A stretch of DNA of 64,000 nt from Pseudooctadecabacter sp. (GCF_965657175.1 NZ_CBFHNH010000003.1:94155-158154), one strand, 5' to 3'. Numbered from the stretch's first letter, positions 16,649 through 25,788 are shown. Translations and numbers: made by a program. The notes: generated by a model from the sequence alone, not told the origin.

Positions 16649-19044
16649 CCGCGCAAAGTGCCGCCGGTGGCCTTTGTCACCTTGTCGATAATCTTGGCGC
16701 TGACGGCCTCAATATCGGCATCTTTCAACGTGGCATCCACGGGCTGCAAACGCACCGTCATAGCGAGGGATTTTTTACCCTCACCCAGACTACCACCGAT
16801 GAATTCGTCAAAGACGCGCACATCATCGATCAGCGCCTTGTCGGCCCCCACGGCGGCGTTGACAGCCGTCAACGCATCCACGGTCGTGTCCATGACAAAG
16901 GCAAAATCCCGTTCAACCGCTTGAAGATCAGGAATGTAGGCCGCACCACGGTTGGCGGTTTGTTTCTTCGGCAACGGGATCTCAGCGGGGAACAGGGTAA
17001 AGCCCACGACCGGCCCTTTCACGTTCAGCGCGTTTAGGATCTTGGGGTGAATTTCACCGAAAATCCCAAGCATCTTCTTTGGGCCCAGACAGATTTTACC
17101 GTGACGGCCCGGATGCCATTCTGGCCCCGCATCCCGCAGGATCTGCACCTTCGCTGGCGCACCCATGGCGGACAGGATTGCCTCGGCGTCGGCCTTGGCA
17201 TCGTAGATATCGACGTCACGGGATGCCCCGTGCACGTCCTTGGCGGTGGTTTTACCGACCAAGATACCGGTCACGCGGGTGTGCTGTTCGCCGGGCTCAC
17301 CGCCCTGAAAAACATCGCCAGCCTCAAACAGGGCCATGTTGTTGAGGCCACGGGCCTGATTGCGGGCTGCGGCCTGCAACAGACCGGGCAACAAGGCGGG
17401 CCGCATGTGCGACATTTCAGAACTGATGGGATTGGCCAGCATGGTCGCGTCGGTGCCGCCACCGAACAATTCAGCCGCCGCTTTGTCGATAAAGCTGTAG
17501 GTCACGCATTCGTTGTACCCCAAGGCCGCCGTGGTCCGGCGTGCCATGGACAGACGTTTTTGCATAGGTGTCAACACGGGCGCAGGCACGCCGGCGCGCT
17601 GGCGGGCCATAGGCTGGGGTTTGAGGTTGGTGAGCGACGCCATGCGCGCGACTTCCTCGACCAGATCAGCCTCCCCCATGACGTCAGGGCGCCAAGACGG
17701 CACCTGCGCCATATCGCCATCCATGACAAAGCCAAGGGCAGTCAATGTGGCGCGCTGTTGATCGGCAGGGATGTCCATGCCCACAAGCGATGAACACCGC
17801 GCCGTATCGAGTTTGTAGGCACGTGAGGTGTCGGGGATTTCACCGGCCTGCACGACCTCAGACGCGTCACCGCCTGCGATATCCACGATCATGCGCACGG
17901 CATGTTCCAGACCCTCAGGCGTGAACGCGGGGTCAATGCCCCGTTCGAAACGGTACCGCGCATCGGAATTGATCTTCATCGCGCGGCCCGTGTAGGCCGT
18001 GCGAATGGTGTCGAAATAAGCGGCCTCCACAAAGACATTCACCGTGTCTTCGGTCACGCCTGTGCGCAGCCCACCCATGACACCGGCAATGGATTCCGGA
18101 CCTTCGGCATCGGAAATCACGGTGGCGCCTTCAGGGAAGGTGTAGTCTTTTTCGTCAAGTCCGGTCAGGGCCTCGCCCCCTTCGGCACGGTGCAAACGCA
18201 GGGCGTTGCCGGTGATCTTGTCGGCGTCAAAAACGTGCAACGGACGGTTCAGATCATAGGTGAACCAGTTGGTCACATCCACGAGGAACGAAATCGGACG
18301 CAAGCCAATGGCGCGCAACTGCTGTTGCAGCCAATCAGGGCTGGGGCCGTTTTTCACACCCTTAATCAGGCGGCCAAAAAACACAGGCGCTTGGCCAAGG
18401 GTGTCTGCGTCAATCGTCACCGACACAGGGCACGGGAAAGACGCCTCAACCGGATCAACGGTCAGCGGTTTTAACGTGCCCAGACCACGGGCGGCCAAAT
18501 CACGGGCCACACCGCGCACGCCCAATGCATCGGGACGGTTGGGGGTGATCGCGATCTCGATCACAGGGTCGACCTTGGCCGCATCATGTTCGGCCAGATA
18601 GTCGGCAAAGCTTTGGCCGATCTCTCCGGCGGGGAGTTCGATGATGCCGTCGTGTTCCTCGCTCAGCTCCAGTTCACGCTCGGACGCCATCATGCCGTGG
18701 CTTTCGATACCGCGGATTTTGCCCACGGAAATGGTGATGTCGAGGCCGGGGATATAGGTGCCGGGGCGGGCCACAACGACGGTAATCCCTTCGCGCGCAT
18801 TGGGTGCGCCACAGATGATTTGCGTTGGCCCTTCGCCATACTCCACCGTGCAGACGCGCAGCTTGTCCGCGTCGGGGTGTTTTTCCGCCGCTGTCACCTT
18901 ACCGATGATAAAATCGCTGAGTTTCGCAGCAGGGTTTTCGATCCCTTCAACCTCAAGCCCGAGATCGGTGAGGGCCTCTGCAATAGCATCCACAGAGGCA
19001 TCCGTGTCGAGGTGGTTTTTGAGCCAAGAGAGGGTGAATTTCAT
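16645..19044 (-). CDS. pheT: Phenylalanine--tRNA ligase beta subunit
   Basis: MKFTLSWLK, HPDADKLRVC, ITPNRPDALGVRG, RFERGIDP, VPSWRPDV, C-terminal FDX-ACB. Confidence 0.98.
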   Translation of the reverse strand: MKFTLSWLKNHLDTDASVDAIAEALTDLGLEVEGIENPAAKLSDFIIGKVTAAEKHPDADKLRVCTVEYGEGPTQIICGAPNAREGITVVVARPGTYIPGLDITISVGKIRGIESHGMMASERELELSEEHDGIIELPAGEIGQSFADYLAEHDAAKVDPVIEIAITPNRPDALGVRGVARDLAARGLGTLKPLTVDPVEASFPCPVSVTIDADTLGQAPVFFGRLIKGVKNGPSPDWLQQQLRAIGLRPISFLVDVTNWFTYDLNRPLHVFDADKITGNALRLHRAEGGEALTGLDEKDYTFPEGATVISDAEGPESIAGVMGGLRTGVTEDTVNVFVEAAYFDTIRTAYTGRAMKINSDARYRFERGIDPAFTPEGLEHAVRMIVDIAGGDASEVVQAGEIPDTSRAYKLDTARCSSLVGMDIPADQQRATLTALGFVMDGDMAQVPSWRPDVMGEADLVEEVARMASLTNLKPQPMARQRAGVPAPVLTPMQKRLSMARRTTAALGYNECVTYSFIDKAAAELFGGGTDATMLANPISSEMSHMRPALLPGLLQAAARNQARGLNNMALFEAGDVFQGGEPGEQHTRVTGILVGKTTAKDVHGASRDVDIYDAKADAEAILSAMGAPAKVQILRDAGPEWHPGRHGKICLGPKKMLGIFGEIHPKILNALNVKGPVVGFTLFPAEIPLPKKQTANRGAAYIPDLQAVERDFAFVMDTTVDALTAVNAAVGADKALIDDVRVFDEFIGGSLGEGKKSLAMTVRLQPVDATLKDADIEAVSAKIIDKVTKATGGTLRG

Positions 19045-19104
19045 CGCGTCAGGTCCTGCCAAATAAGGTGTTGGCGGGGGTTTAACGGAAAGGCCCAGCG
19101 GGGG

Positions 19105-19305
19105 CTAGTCCTTGCGGGTCTTCGCCTTGAGCCATTGGTTCACCGCAAAGACCGGCAGAATGATCACCGCCCAGCCCAGTGCGTTAAGACCGGTCAGCCG
19201 ACGCTTGGCCTCTAACGGAATATCGGGGTCACGCCACAACCCGATATGGGCGACCACGATCAACGTCACGAGGACGGCTAACCCAAGTTTTGACCGCTTT
19301 GTCAT
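19105..19305 (-). CDS. Small two-helix membrane protein, function unknown
   Basis: 66 aa, two hydrophobic segments. ATG overlaps the upstream stop (ATGA), GAGG RBS. Confidence 0.7.
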   Translation of the reverse strand: MTKRSKLGLAVLVTLIVVAHIGLWRDPDIPLEAKRRLTGLNALGWAVIILPVFAVNQWLKAKTRKD

Positions 19306-20504
19306 GTTGCCCTCGCGATGAAGCCCACGCGCAAAAAACGGCGCAGCAGGTCGGTCACGGTGTCGCGCAGTGCGGAACGCTCCACATCCGGCAGAGCATC
19401 AGCCAGAAGGTCAATGAGGTCGCTGGGCGAAATTGCCTCCTCAAGCAGGTCCAGAACATGTGCCGCGATTGCGTCAAACTGCAGCATCCGTTCCCCGTCA
19501 CAGCTGGCCCCGACCCAAACGTCGCCAGCGGGGTACAGGACTGCAAAACGTGTGCGCTGGTAGGCGCGCATAAAATCCAAAGCGGAGCGATCGGGGTGCG
19601 GTCCGGGGTGTGGGAACTGCACGTCCTGTCTGGGGGCCGGCAGCAGATGGTCAAGGCCAGACATCACAAGGTCTGCTGCCTCGCCAACATCACTGTAGGT
19701 CAGGCGCACCGCTGGGGCGGTCTGGGTCAATGTGATCAATGCGCTCAGCGCTTCGCCCGCTGGCAAGCCACGGGAGAAATTCTGCTTGGCCAGTGCGGCT
19801 AGAACGTCCCCCGAAGGCACCTCCGACAGGGTCGTGGGCCCATCGTCTGCACGGTCCAGCAGCACAATTGACCGGATGGGGGCCACCATGCCGTGCGCAG
19901 CAACAGTCTGTCCGCCGACATAGCGATACTGCTTGTTTTCAGGACCGGGGTTCGCGCCAACAAAGGTCAGCACCTCGGGCGGCAGCCCCTCTGGCAAAGG
20001 CAAACGCAGGCGCGCAGCGATCCCTGTGGCATGCCCAATCAACGCCCCGCTGGGACCGCGGTCAACCAGCAGATAATCATCGGTAAACAATCGCGCCCCA
20101 CGGGCCATCAGTGCCACAGACAGGGTCGATTTCCCCGCCCGTCGCAAGGCCGGGAACAGTGTCAGCCCGCCATCGCCCTCAACAGCGGCGGCGTGAAAAC
20201 ACAACCTGTCCGGCGATTGCGCGATCAACGCCGAGGCGAGAATGCTCAGCAGATCGCAGATGACATTCACCTGAGTCTTGTGGATGCGGGGTTCAGTGGT
20301 GTGAGGGGACTGGATCAACCATGCGGTGCCATTAAAGGCCAGCACGGCGCAAGGAACCTCGGGGCCGTATTCGGCCGGTACGGTCCGTTTTACAGTAAAG
20401 GGCCAGCAGGGAACGTACCCCGCCAGCCCTGTCACCAGATCATCGCAATCAACGCAGCGGACTGGGGCCGAAAGCCCCTGAAACCAGATATCGTGAACGG
20501 TCAC
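19302..20504 (-). CDS. HPr kinase-like P-loop protein fused to a C-terminal PqqD/RRE-like domain
   Basis: LCFHAAAV (HprK-type His), PALRRAGKSTL Walker A, LFTDD acidic pair. The last ~90 aa have the beta-beta-beta/alpha-alpha-alpha PqqD-like pattern (FDAIAAHVLDLLEEAIS.SDLIDLLAD....DTV.DLLRRF...GFI). Confidence 0.7.
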   Translation of the reverse strand: MTVHDIWFQGLSAPVRCVDCDDLVTGLAGYVPCWPFTVKRTVPAEYGPEVPCAVLAFNGTAWLIQSPHTTEPRIHKTQVNVICDLLSILASALIAQSPDRLCFHAAAVEGDGGLTLFPALRRAGKSTLSVALMARGARLFTDDYLLVDRGPSGALIGHATGIAARLRLPLPEGLPPEVLTFVGANPGPENKQYRYVGGQTVAAHGMVAPIRSIVLLDRADDGPTTLSEVPSGDVLAALAKQNFSRGLPAGEALSALITLTQTAPAVRLTYSDVGEAADLVMSGLDHLLPAPRQDVQFPHPGPHPDRSALDFMRAYQRTRFAVLYPAGDVWVGASCDGERMLQFDAIAAHVLDLLEEAISPSDLIDLLADALPDVERSALRDTVTDLLRRFLRVGFIARAT

Positions 20505-20520
20505 TGCACCGATGGGTCAA

Positions 20521-20913
20521 TTAGTTTGCGATGCGCAGACCGGCATCGGACAGACAGGATTCAAAACTGCTCTGGCTGGTGCTGGACGACTGGCAGTTGC
20601 CAATGGACGCATCAATATTGGCATCGCCCGTAGACGCGATGGACGGTGCGCTCCAATCGGAGGCCTCAGAGGCGGAGGGTGCTGATGCAGCAGAATAGGC
20701 CGACGACGCGGAGGATACCGAAGACGCCGACGAAACCGACGATGCGGGCGAAACCGATGAAGCGGACGAAACCGATGAAGCGGACGATGCTGAAGACGTG
20801 CCAGAGCTATGACTGGCCGCCATGACCGACATGGTCGGAGCGAAGACACCGGCTGTGGTAAGTCCAGCAAGACGCGTCAGCGCCGCACGACGGGACAGGG
20901 TTTTGGTTGTCAT
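20521..20913 (-). CDS. Tat-signal, serine-rich repeat peptide (putative kinase substrate/precursor)
   Basis: LSRRAAL twin-arginine motif plus hydrophobic stretch, (SSA/SSV)n core, C-terminal C-x12-C. AAGGGA RBS. Confidence 0.75.
   Translation of the reverse strand: MTTKTLSRRAALTRLAGLTTAGVFAPTMSVMAASHSSGTSSASSASSVSSASSVSPASSVSSASSVSSASSAYSAASAPSASEASDWSAPSIASTGDANIDASIGNCQSSSTSQSSFESCLSDAGLRIAN
20697..20800 (-). repeat. Degenerate 18-bp tandem repeat encoding SSASSV units
   Basis: TCGTCCGCTTCATCGGTT appears twice exactly on the minus strand, followed by diverged units. Confidence 0.8.
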
Positions 20914-20960
20914 GATTTAATCCCTTAAGACTGATTAGGCCAAAACATGGCTTCTGCCTA

Positions 20961-20976
20961 GTTATTAGGCAATTAA
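20961..20976 (-). promoter_or_regulatory. Candidate CtrA box upstream of the Ser-rich peptide gene
   Basis: Minus strand TTAA-TTGCCTA-ATAAC versus consensus TTAA-N7-TTAAC (one mismatch), in an AT-rich spacer. Confidence 0.45.
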
Positions 20977-21020
20977 GTCCTAAAGATGGCATCAATCATG
21001 GCGGACTTTCGCCGGCGGTT

Positions 21021-22085
21021 TCAGGTGCCGCCATGCACTGTTGGGACCTGCAACGCGCTAAACCCGTAGTGTTTCAGCCAACGTAGATCGCTTTCAAAGA
21101 AGGCGCGCAGGTCGGGGATGCCGTATTTCAGCATCGCGATCCGGTCGATCCCCATCCCGAAGGCAAACCCCTGCCATTCATTGGGGTCGATGCCGCCCGC
21201 TTGCAGGACTTTGGGATGCACCATGCCGGACCCCAAAACCTCAAGCCAATCGTCGCCTTCGCCCACTTTCACAGTACCGCCTGAGAAATCGCACTGGATG
21301 TCGACCTCGGCGCTGGGTTCGGTGAACGGGAAATGCGACGCACGGAAACGGGTTTTCACCTTGGTGCCGAAGTAAGCGGTGAAGAATTCCTCTAGCGTCC
21401 ATTTCAGGTTCGCCATTGAGATGTCTTTGTCGATGGCCAGACCTTCGACCTGATGGAACATAGGCGTGTGGGTCTGGTCATAATCGGCACGGTACACGCG
21501 GCCGGGGCAGATGATGCGGATGGGTGCACCCTGTTCTTCCATAGACCGGATTTGTACGGGGCTGGTGTGGGTCCGCAGCACGTGGGGCGGGCGGTTATCG
21601 CCTTCGGCGCGGTGGGTGTAGAACGTATCCATCTCGGCCCGCGCGGGGTGGTGGCCGGGGATGTTCAGCGCGTCGAAATTGTACCAGTCGGATTCGATTT
21701 GCGGGCCTTCGGCAGTGGCAAAACCCATGTCCGCGAAGATAGCTGTGCATTCTTCCCAAACCTGACTTACCGGATGGATCGTGCCCTGACGCCGGTCCCG
21801 TCCGGGCAAGGTCACATCCAACCATTCCGCCTTCAGCCGTTCATCAAGGGCGGCATCGGCAAGGCCAGCCTTCTTGGCGGACAGCGCGGCGTTAATCTCA
21901 TCCTTCAGCGCATTCAAAGCGGGGCCGGCGACCTGCCGTTCCTCCGGCGTCATCTTGCCCAGTTCACGCATCTTGAGGCTGATTTCGCCCTTTTTGCCGA
22001 CAGCCTGCACGCGCAAGTCTTCGAGCGTGGATTCGTCCGCAGCGTTCCCGATAAGGTCGAGGTATTTGGATTTCAGATCGTCCAT
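21021..22085 (-). CDS. pheS: Phenylalanine--tRNA ligase alpha subunit
   Basis: [66 protein letters not shown]. Confidence 0.98.
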   Translation of the reverse strand: MDDLKSKYLDLIGNAADESTLEDLRVQAVGKKGEISLKMRELGKMTPEERQVAGPALNALKDEINAALSAKKAGLADAALDERLKAEWLDVTLPGRDRRQGTIHPVSQVWEECTAIFADMGFATAEGPQIESDWYNFDALNIPGHHPARAEMDTFYTHRAEGDNRPPHVLRTHTSPVQIRSMEEQGAPIRIICPGRVYRADYDQTHTPMFHQVEGLAIDKDISMANLKWTLEEFFTAYFGTKVKTRFRASHFPFTEPSAEVDIQCDFSGGTVKVGEGDDWLEVLGSGMVHPKVLQAGGIDPNEWQGFAFGMGIDRIAMLKYGIPDLRAFFESDLRWLKHYGFSALQVPTVHGGT

Positions 22086-22112
22086 GAGGCTGGCCCTTCG
22101 TCATTTGATGCC

Positions 22113-22141
22113 CTGCTACCGTGCAGCCGCCCGTTCTGCAA
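22113..22141 (-). promoter_or_regulatory. Sigma70-type promoter of pheS
   Basis: TTGCAG-N17-TAGCAG. The -35 sits in the loop of a CCGCCCGT/ACGGGCGG inverted repeat. Confidence 0.5.
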
Positions 22142-22152
22142 GACGGGCGGGC

Positions 22153-22168
22153 GTTAACGCGATCTTAG
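22153..22168. promoter_or_regulatory. Candidate CtrA box upstream of the diguanylate cyclase
   Basis: GTTAA-CGCGATC-TTAG (minus strand CTAA-N7-TTAAC), one mismatch from consensus. Confidence 0.45.
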
Positions 22169-22211
22169 GGGCCGACCATTTAAGGACCTTCGAAACCTTT
22201 AGGCCGACCTT

Positions 22212-23291
22212 ATGACCGATCTGAACGATGTCCTTGACCCTCTGTTTGCGGCGTCCCATCCCGATGTGATGGCGCGCACCACGATGGAGGCCACACTACC
22301 GATTGCCTTTTTAACGGATGTGTACGCAGCAGAAGAAAACTCGGATATCCTTGCCGCCTATGCCCGTTGGACCCGGCGGATCATCGGGTCCGAAAACTGT
22401 TCAATTTCCCTGATCCAACCGGACACATCCCTCAAGATGTTGGCGATTTCAGGCGAAGAAACGATCGAAACCGATACGGTCCGCGCGCTGACGGCCTCAG
22501 CCGTCGGGGCGGTGGTGATGCGCAGGACGGGCCTGTTCGTTCCCTGTTTGGGCGATATACCCGTCGCTGCGGCCCAGACGGCGGCCAATAACGGGTTCCA
22601 ATGTTCCTACGTGGCCCCGATCCTCGCAGGTGAGACATGTTTTGGCACCCTCACGGCGAGTTTTCGGGTCGAAAGCGTGCGCCCCGCACGCGTTCTGACT
22701 GTGATTGAGGCTATGGCCCTGTGCATGGGGTCGCAGATGCTCCTCGTTGAACAGATGACGCGGCTGCGTGATGTCGCGTTAACCGACCCGCTGACCGGCA
22801 CAAACAACCGCCGCGCGTTGGACGAAGCGACACCTTTGACGTGGGAAAAGTGGGAGAAGGAAAAGGTGCCCTTCGCCATCCTCGCCCTCGATATTGATCA
22901 CTTCAAATCCGTCAACGACACCCACGGTCATACTGTAGGGGATGAAATCCTCAAACAAATGGCTCAGCGGATCATGGATCAGGTGCGCGAAGACGATATG
23001 GTGGTGCGTTTGGGGGGCGAAGAATTCGGCGTGCTGTTGCCGCGCACGAAATACGACACGTCCTTGCAAGTCGCCGAACGCATTCACGCGGCCATCCGGT
23101 CTGCGCCCTTTCGAGTGGGGGACCTTGTCTTGCCCGTCACGGCAAGTTTTGGCGTGACCGAGATTGCCTCTGACGATGTGTGCGCCGAAGATGTCTTGGA
23201 ACGCGCGGATCAGGCACTTTATGCGGCCAAACGGTCAGGACGCGACCGCGTGATCCGGTTCGATCACACCCGGTCCATATCGGCGGCCTAG
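22212..23291 (+). CDS. GAF + GGDEF diguanylate cyclase
   Basis: TDPLTGTNNRR, DIDHFKSVNDTHGH..GD, REDD I-site (RxxD) five residues before GGEEF, ADQALYAAKRSGRD. Confidence 0.93.
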   Translation: MTDLNDVLDPLFAASHPDVMARTTMEATLPIAFLTDVYAAEENSDILAAYARWTRRIIGSENCSISLIQPDTSLKMLAISGEETIETDTVRALTASAVGAVVMRRTGLFVPCLGDIPVAAAQTAANNGFQCSYVAPILAGETCFGTLTASFRVESVRPARVLTVIEAMALCMGSQMLLVEQMTRLRDVALTDPLTGTNNRRALDEATPLTWEKWEKEKVPFAILALDIDHFKSVNDTHGHTVGDEILKQMAQRIMDQVREDDMVVRLGGEEFGVLLPRTKYDTSLQVAERIHAAIRSAPFRVGDLVLPVTASFGVTEIASDDVCAEDVLERADQALYAAKRSGRDRVIRFDHTRSISAA

Positions 23292-23318
23292 CGGGGCGCA
23301 GCAGGGGCTCAGAAACGC

Positions 23319-23348
23319 AAAAGGCCGCCCCGAGAGGAGCGGCCTTTC
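23319..23348. terminator. Bidirectional intrinsic terminator (DGC / rplT)
   Basis: AAAAGGCCGC...GCGGCCTTTC. Confidence 0.8.
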
Positions 23349-23369
23349 TCAATTCATATCGCATCTGGC

Positions 23370-23732
23370 TTAGGCCATAGCAGCCTTTGCTTTTTCGACG
23401 ATCGCGCCGAATGCTTCAGGCTCGTTCACAGCCAGATCGGCCAGAACTTTGCGGTCCACTTCGATCCCAGCCAGGTTCAGGCCGTTGATGAAACGGGAAT
23501 ATGTGAGAGTTTCGTCAAGCGAGCGCACAGCCGCGTTGATCCGCTGGATCCACAATGCGCGGAAGTTGCGCTTACGGTTGTGACGGTCACGTGTTGCATA
23601 CTGGTTGGCCTTATCAACGGCCTGACGTGCAACTTTGAAGGTGTTGGAACGACGGCCATAATAGCCTTTCGCTGCATCCGTGACCTTCTTGTGACGACGA
23701 TGAGTAACGGTTCCGCCTTTGGTACGAGACAT
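23370..23732 (-). CDS. rplT: 50S ribosomal protein L20
   Basis: MSRTKGG...AKGYYGRR...[11 protein letters not shown]. Confidence 0.99.
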   Translation of the reverse strand: MSRTKGGTVTHRRHKKVTDAAKGYYGRRSNTFKVARQAVDKANQYATRDRHNRKRNFRALWIQRINAAVRSLDETLTYSRFINGLNLAGIEVDRKVLADLAVNEPEAFGAIVEKAKAAMA

Positions 23733-23746
23733 GGTCTACCCTCCTC

Positions 23747-23947
23747 TTAGCGTGCGTAGGGCATCATGGACTTGACGATTTTCTCGTCAGCCGCACAAAG
23801 CGTTGTGGTGCCGCGCGCATTGCGCAGGAATTTGTTGGTGCGTTTGATCATGCCGTGGCGCTTACCGGCCTGACCGGCCAGAACGCGGCCAGAGGCCGTC
23901 ACTTTGAACCGCTTTTTGCAGCTCGATTTGGTCTTCATCTTAGGCAT
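23747..23947 (-). CDS. rpmI: 50S ribosomal protein L35
   Basis: [20 protein letters not shown]. Confidence 0.99.
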   Translation of the reverse strand: MPKMKTKSSCKKRFKVTASGRVLAGQAGKRHGMIKRTNKFLRNARGTTTLCAADEKIVKSMMPYAR

Positions 23948-24023
23948 TTCCGTCTCCTCTTAGGTGCGGTCATGAAACGCGACTCGGCATGCCAAACTGG
24001 CCGGTCGCGCGGGTGGAGTGGGG

Positions 24024-24052
24024 CGTGTAGCCCGCGTTTGCATGTATGGCAA
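24024..24052 (-). promoter_or_regulatory. Sigma70-type promoter of rpmI-rplT
   Basis: TTGCCA-N17-TACACG, giving a leader of about 70 nt. Confidence 0.6.
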
Positions 24053-24081
24053 GAGGATTCGCGCAAAAGTCGGGCGCGATA

Positions 24082-24306
24082 TCAGTTCACGAAGCGGCCA
24101 ACCACTGACACGAAAACATCCGGTATATCGGCGATGGAATAGCCCCCCGGATTGTCCCGAATGGCCAATACGATCAAACCGCCCGCGATCATCACCGCAA
24201 TCGACGCAGCACGGGGCACACGTCCATCGGACAACGACCCCATGATTGACGGAATCGAAAACGCACCGACCACAAGGCCGATCACCAACATCAGATCCGG
24301 ATCCAT
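24082..24306 (-). CDS. Small membrane protein, function unknown
   Basis: 74 aa with two TM segments (MDPDLMLVIG...DGRVPRAA...), between pyk and rpmI. Confidence 0.75.
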   Translation of the reverse strand: MDPDLMLVIGLVVGAFSIPSIMGSLSDGRVPRAASIAVMIAGGLIVLAIRDNPGGYSIADIPDVFVSVVGRFVN

Positions 24307-24336
24307 ACCCTACCCTCAACTTACCGTTAAAGAACG

Positions 24337-25788
24337 TTACTCCGAAGACCCAGCCAAAATCAAACTTTCGTCGCAGGGGGCAACCCGCAGGATATTCGTG
24401 CTGCCCGGCGTGTTGAACGGAACACCGGCGGTCACCACGATCATATCGGATTTTCCGGCGATACCGGTTCCGGTCGCAGCGCGGACTGCTTCGATCACAG
24501 CGGTCTTGAAACGGTCCACGACTTTCACCGATTTCACGCACGTGGTCCCCCAGCTGAGGCACAAACGGCGGATCGTATTCTGGTCACTGCTCAGCACAAC
24601 AATCGGCACCCGAGGCCGTTCACGTGACGTCAAAAGTGCCGTGGTGCCGGACTGCGAATAACAACAAATCGCTTTGATGTCGGCCGTTTCCGCAATTTCA
24701 CGGGCGGCGGCCACGATGCCGTCGGCCACGGTGCGGCCATCGGATTTGCGGCTGGCGGCGATGATGTCGGTGTAGGTTGGATCGGCCTCAACCTCGACTG
24801 CGACGTTGTTCATTGTCGTCACGGCCTCAATCGGGAAATCACCGGCGGCGGATTCAGCGGACAACATGATGGCATCGGTGCCTTCGTAGATGGCCGTGGC
24901 AACATCGGACACTTCGGCCCGCGTGGGCATTGGGCTTTCGATCATGCTTTCCAACATTTGGGTGGCAACGATCACGGGCTTGGCCGCGGCACGACACTTG
25001 CGGATCAGCTGTTTCTGGATCGGCGGCACGTTCTGGACAGGCAATTCCACGCCCAGATCACCACGGGCCACCATAATGCCATCGCTGACGGCAAGGATAT
25101 CGTCGAAGGATTTTACGGCCGCGGGCTTTTCGATCTTGGACAGGATCGCCGCACGGCCCTTGGCCAGCGCGCGCGCCTCATCCACATCGGCGGGACGCTG
25201 CACAAAAGACAAGGCCAGCCAGTCAACACCCAGATCACAGACAAATTCGAGGTCCTTGCGGTCCTTTTCGGACAAAGCCGCCAGGGGCAGCACAACGTCG
25301 GGAACGTTCACACCCTTACGGTTGGAAATCGTGCCTGCGACGACGACTTCGCAATCAGCAAAATCGCGGCCGCAGTCTTTGACGCGCAGCTTGATCTTGC
25401 CGTCGTTGACCAACAGATGCGCGCCAGGTTCCAGCGCGTCGAAGATTTCTTTGTGGGGCAATTGCACCCGATCTTTTGTGCCGGGCGCATCATCCAGATC
25501 CAGTCGGAACGCCTGACCAACCACAAGATCTTCGCCATCATCATTGGCAAAAACACCAACGCGCAGCTTGGGCCCTTGCAGGTCAGCCAAGATCGAAATC
25601 GGACTATCAAGGTCCTTTTCAACCTGCCGGATAATCGCGTGCCGCACTTTGATTTCAGCATGGTCGCCGTGGCTCATGTTCAGGCGGAACACGTCAGCGC
25701 CCGCTTCATGGAGCGCGCGGATCATCTGGTAGTCGTCGGAGGCCGGGCCAAGGGTGGCAACAATCTTGACGTTGCGATCGCGTTTCAT
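24337..25788 (-). CDS. pyk: Pyruvate kinase
   Basis: KIVATLGPAS, FRLNMSHG, DLQGPKLR, SKIEKP, MVARGDLGVE, ATQMLESM, PTRAEVSDVA. Confidence 0.98.
   Translation of the reverse strand: MKRDRNVKIVATLGPASDDYQMIRALHEAGADVFRLNMSHGDHAEIKVRHAIIRQVEKDLDSPISILADLQGPKLRVGVFANDDGEDLVVGQAFRLDLDDAPGTKDRVQLPHKEIFDALEPGAHLLVNDGKIKLRVKDCGRDFADCEVVVAGTISNRKGVNVPDVVLPLAALSEKDRKDLEFVCDLGVDWLALSFVQRPADVDEARALAKGRAAILSKIEKPAAVKSFDDILAVSDGIMVARGDLGVELPVQNVPPIQKQLIRKCRAAAKPVIVATQMLESMIESPMPTRAEVSDVATAIYEGTDAIMLSAESAAGDFPIEAVTTMNNVAVEVEADPTYTDIIAASRKSDGRTVADGIVAAAREIAETADIKAICCYSQSGTTALLTSRERPRVPIVVLSSDQNTIRRLCLSWGTTCVKSVKVVDRFKTAVIEAVRAATGTGIAGKSDMIVVTAGVPFNTPGSTNILRVAPCDESLILAGSSE

Noticed and set aside
20697-20800. 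CRISPR-like array from short periodic repeats (also 40615-40767 and 41930-42100)
   Set aside because: The repeats are in-frame coding units without unique spacers, and there are no cas genes.
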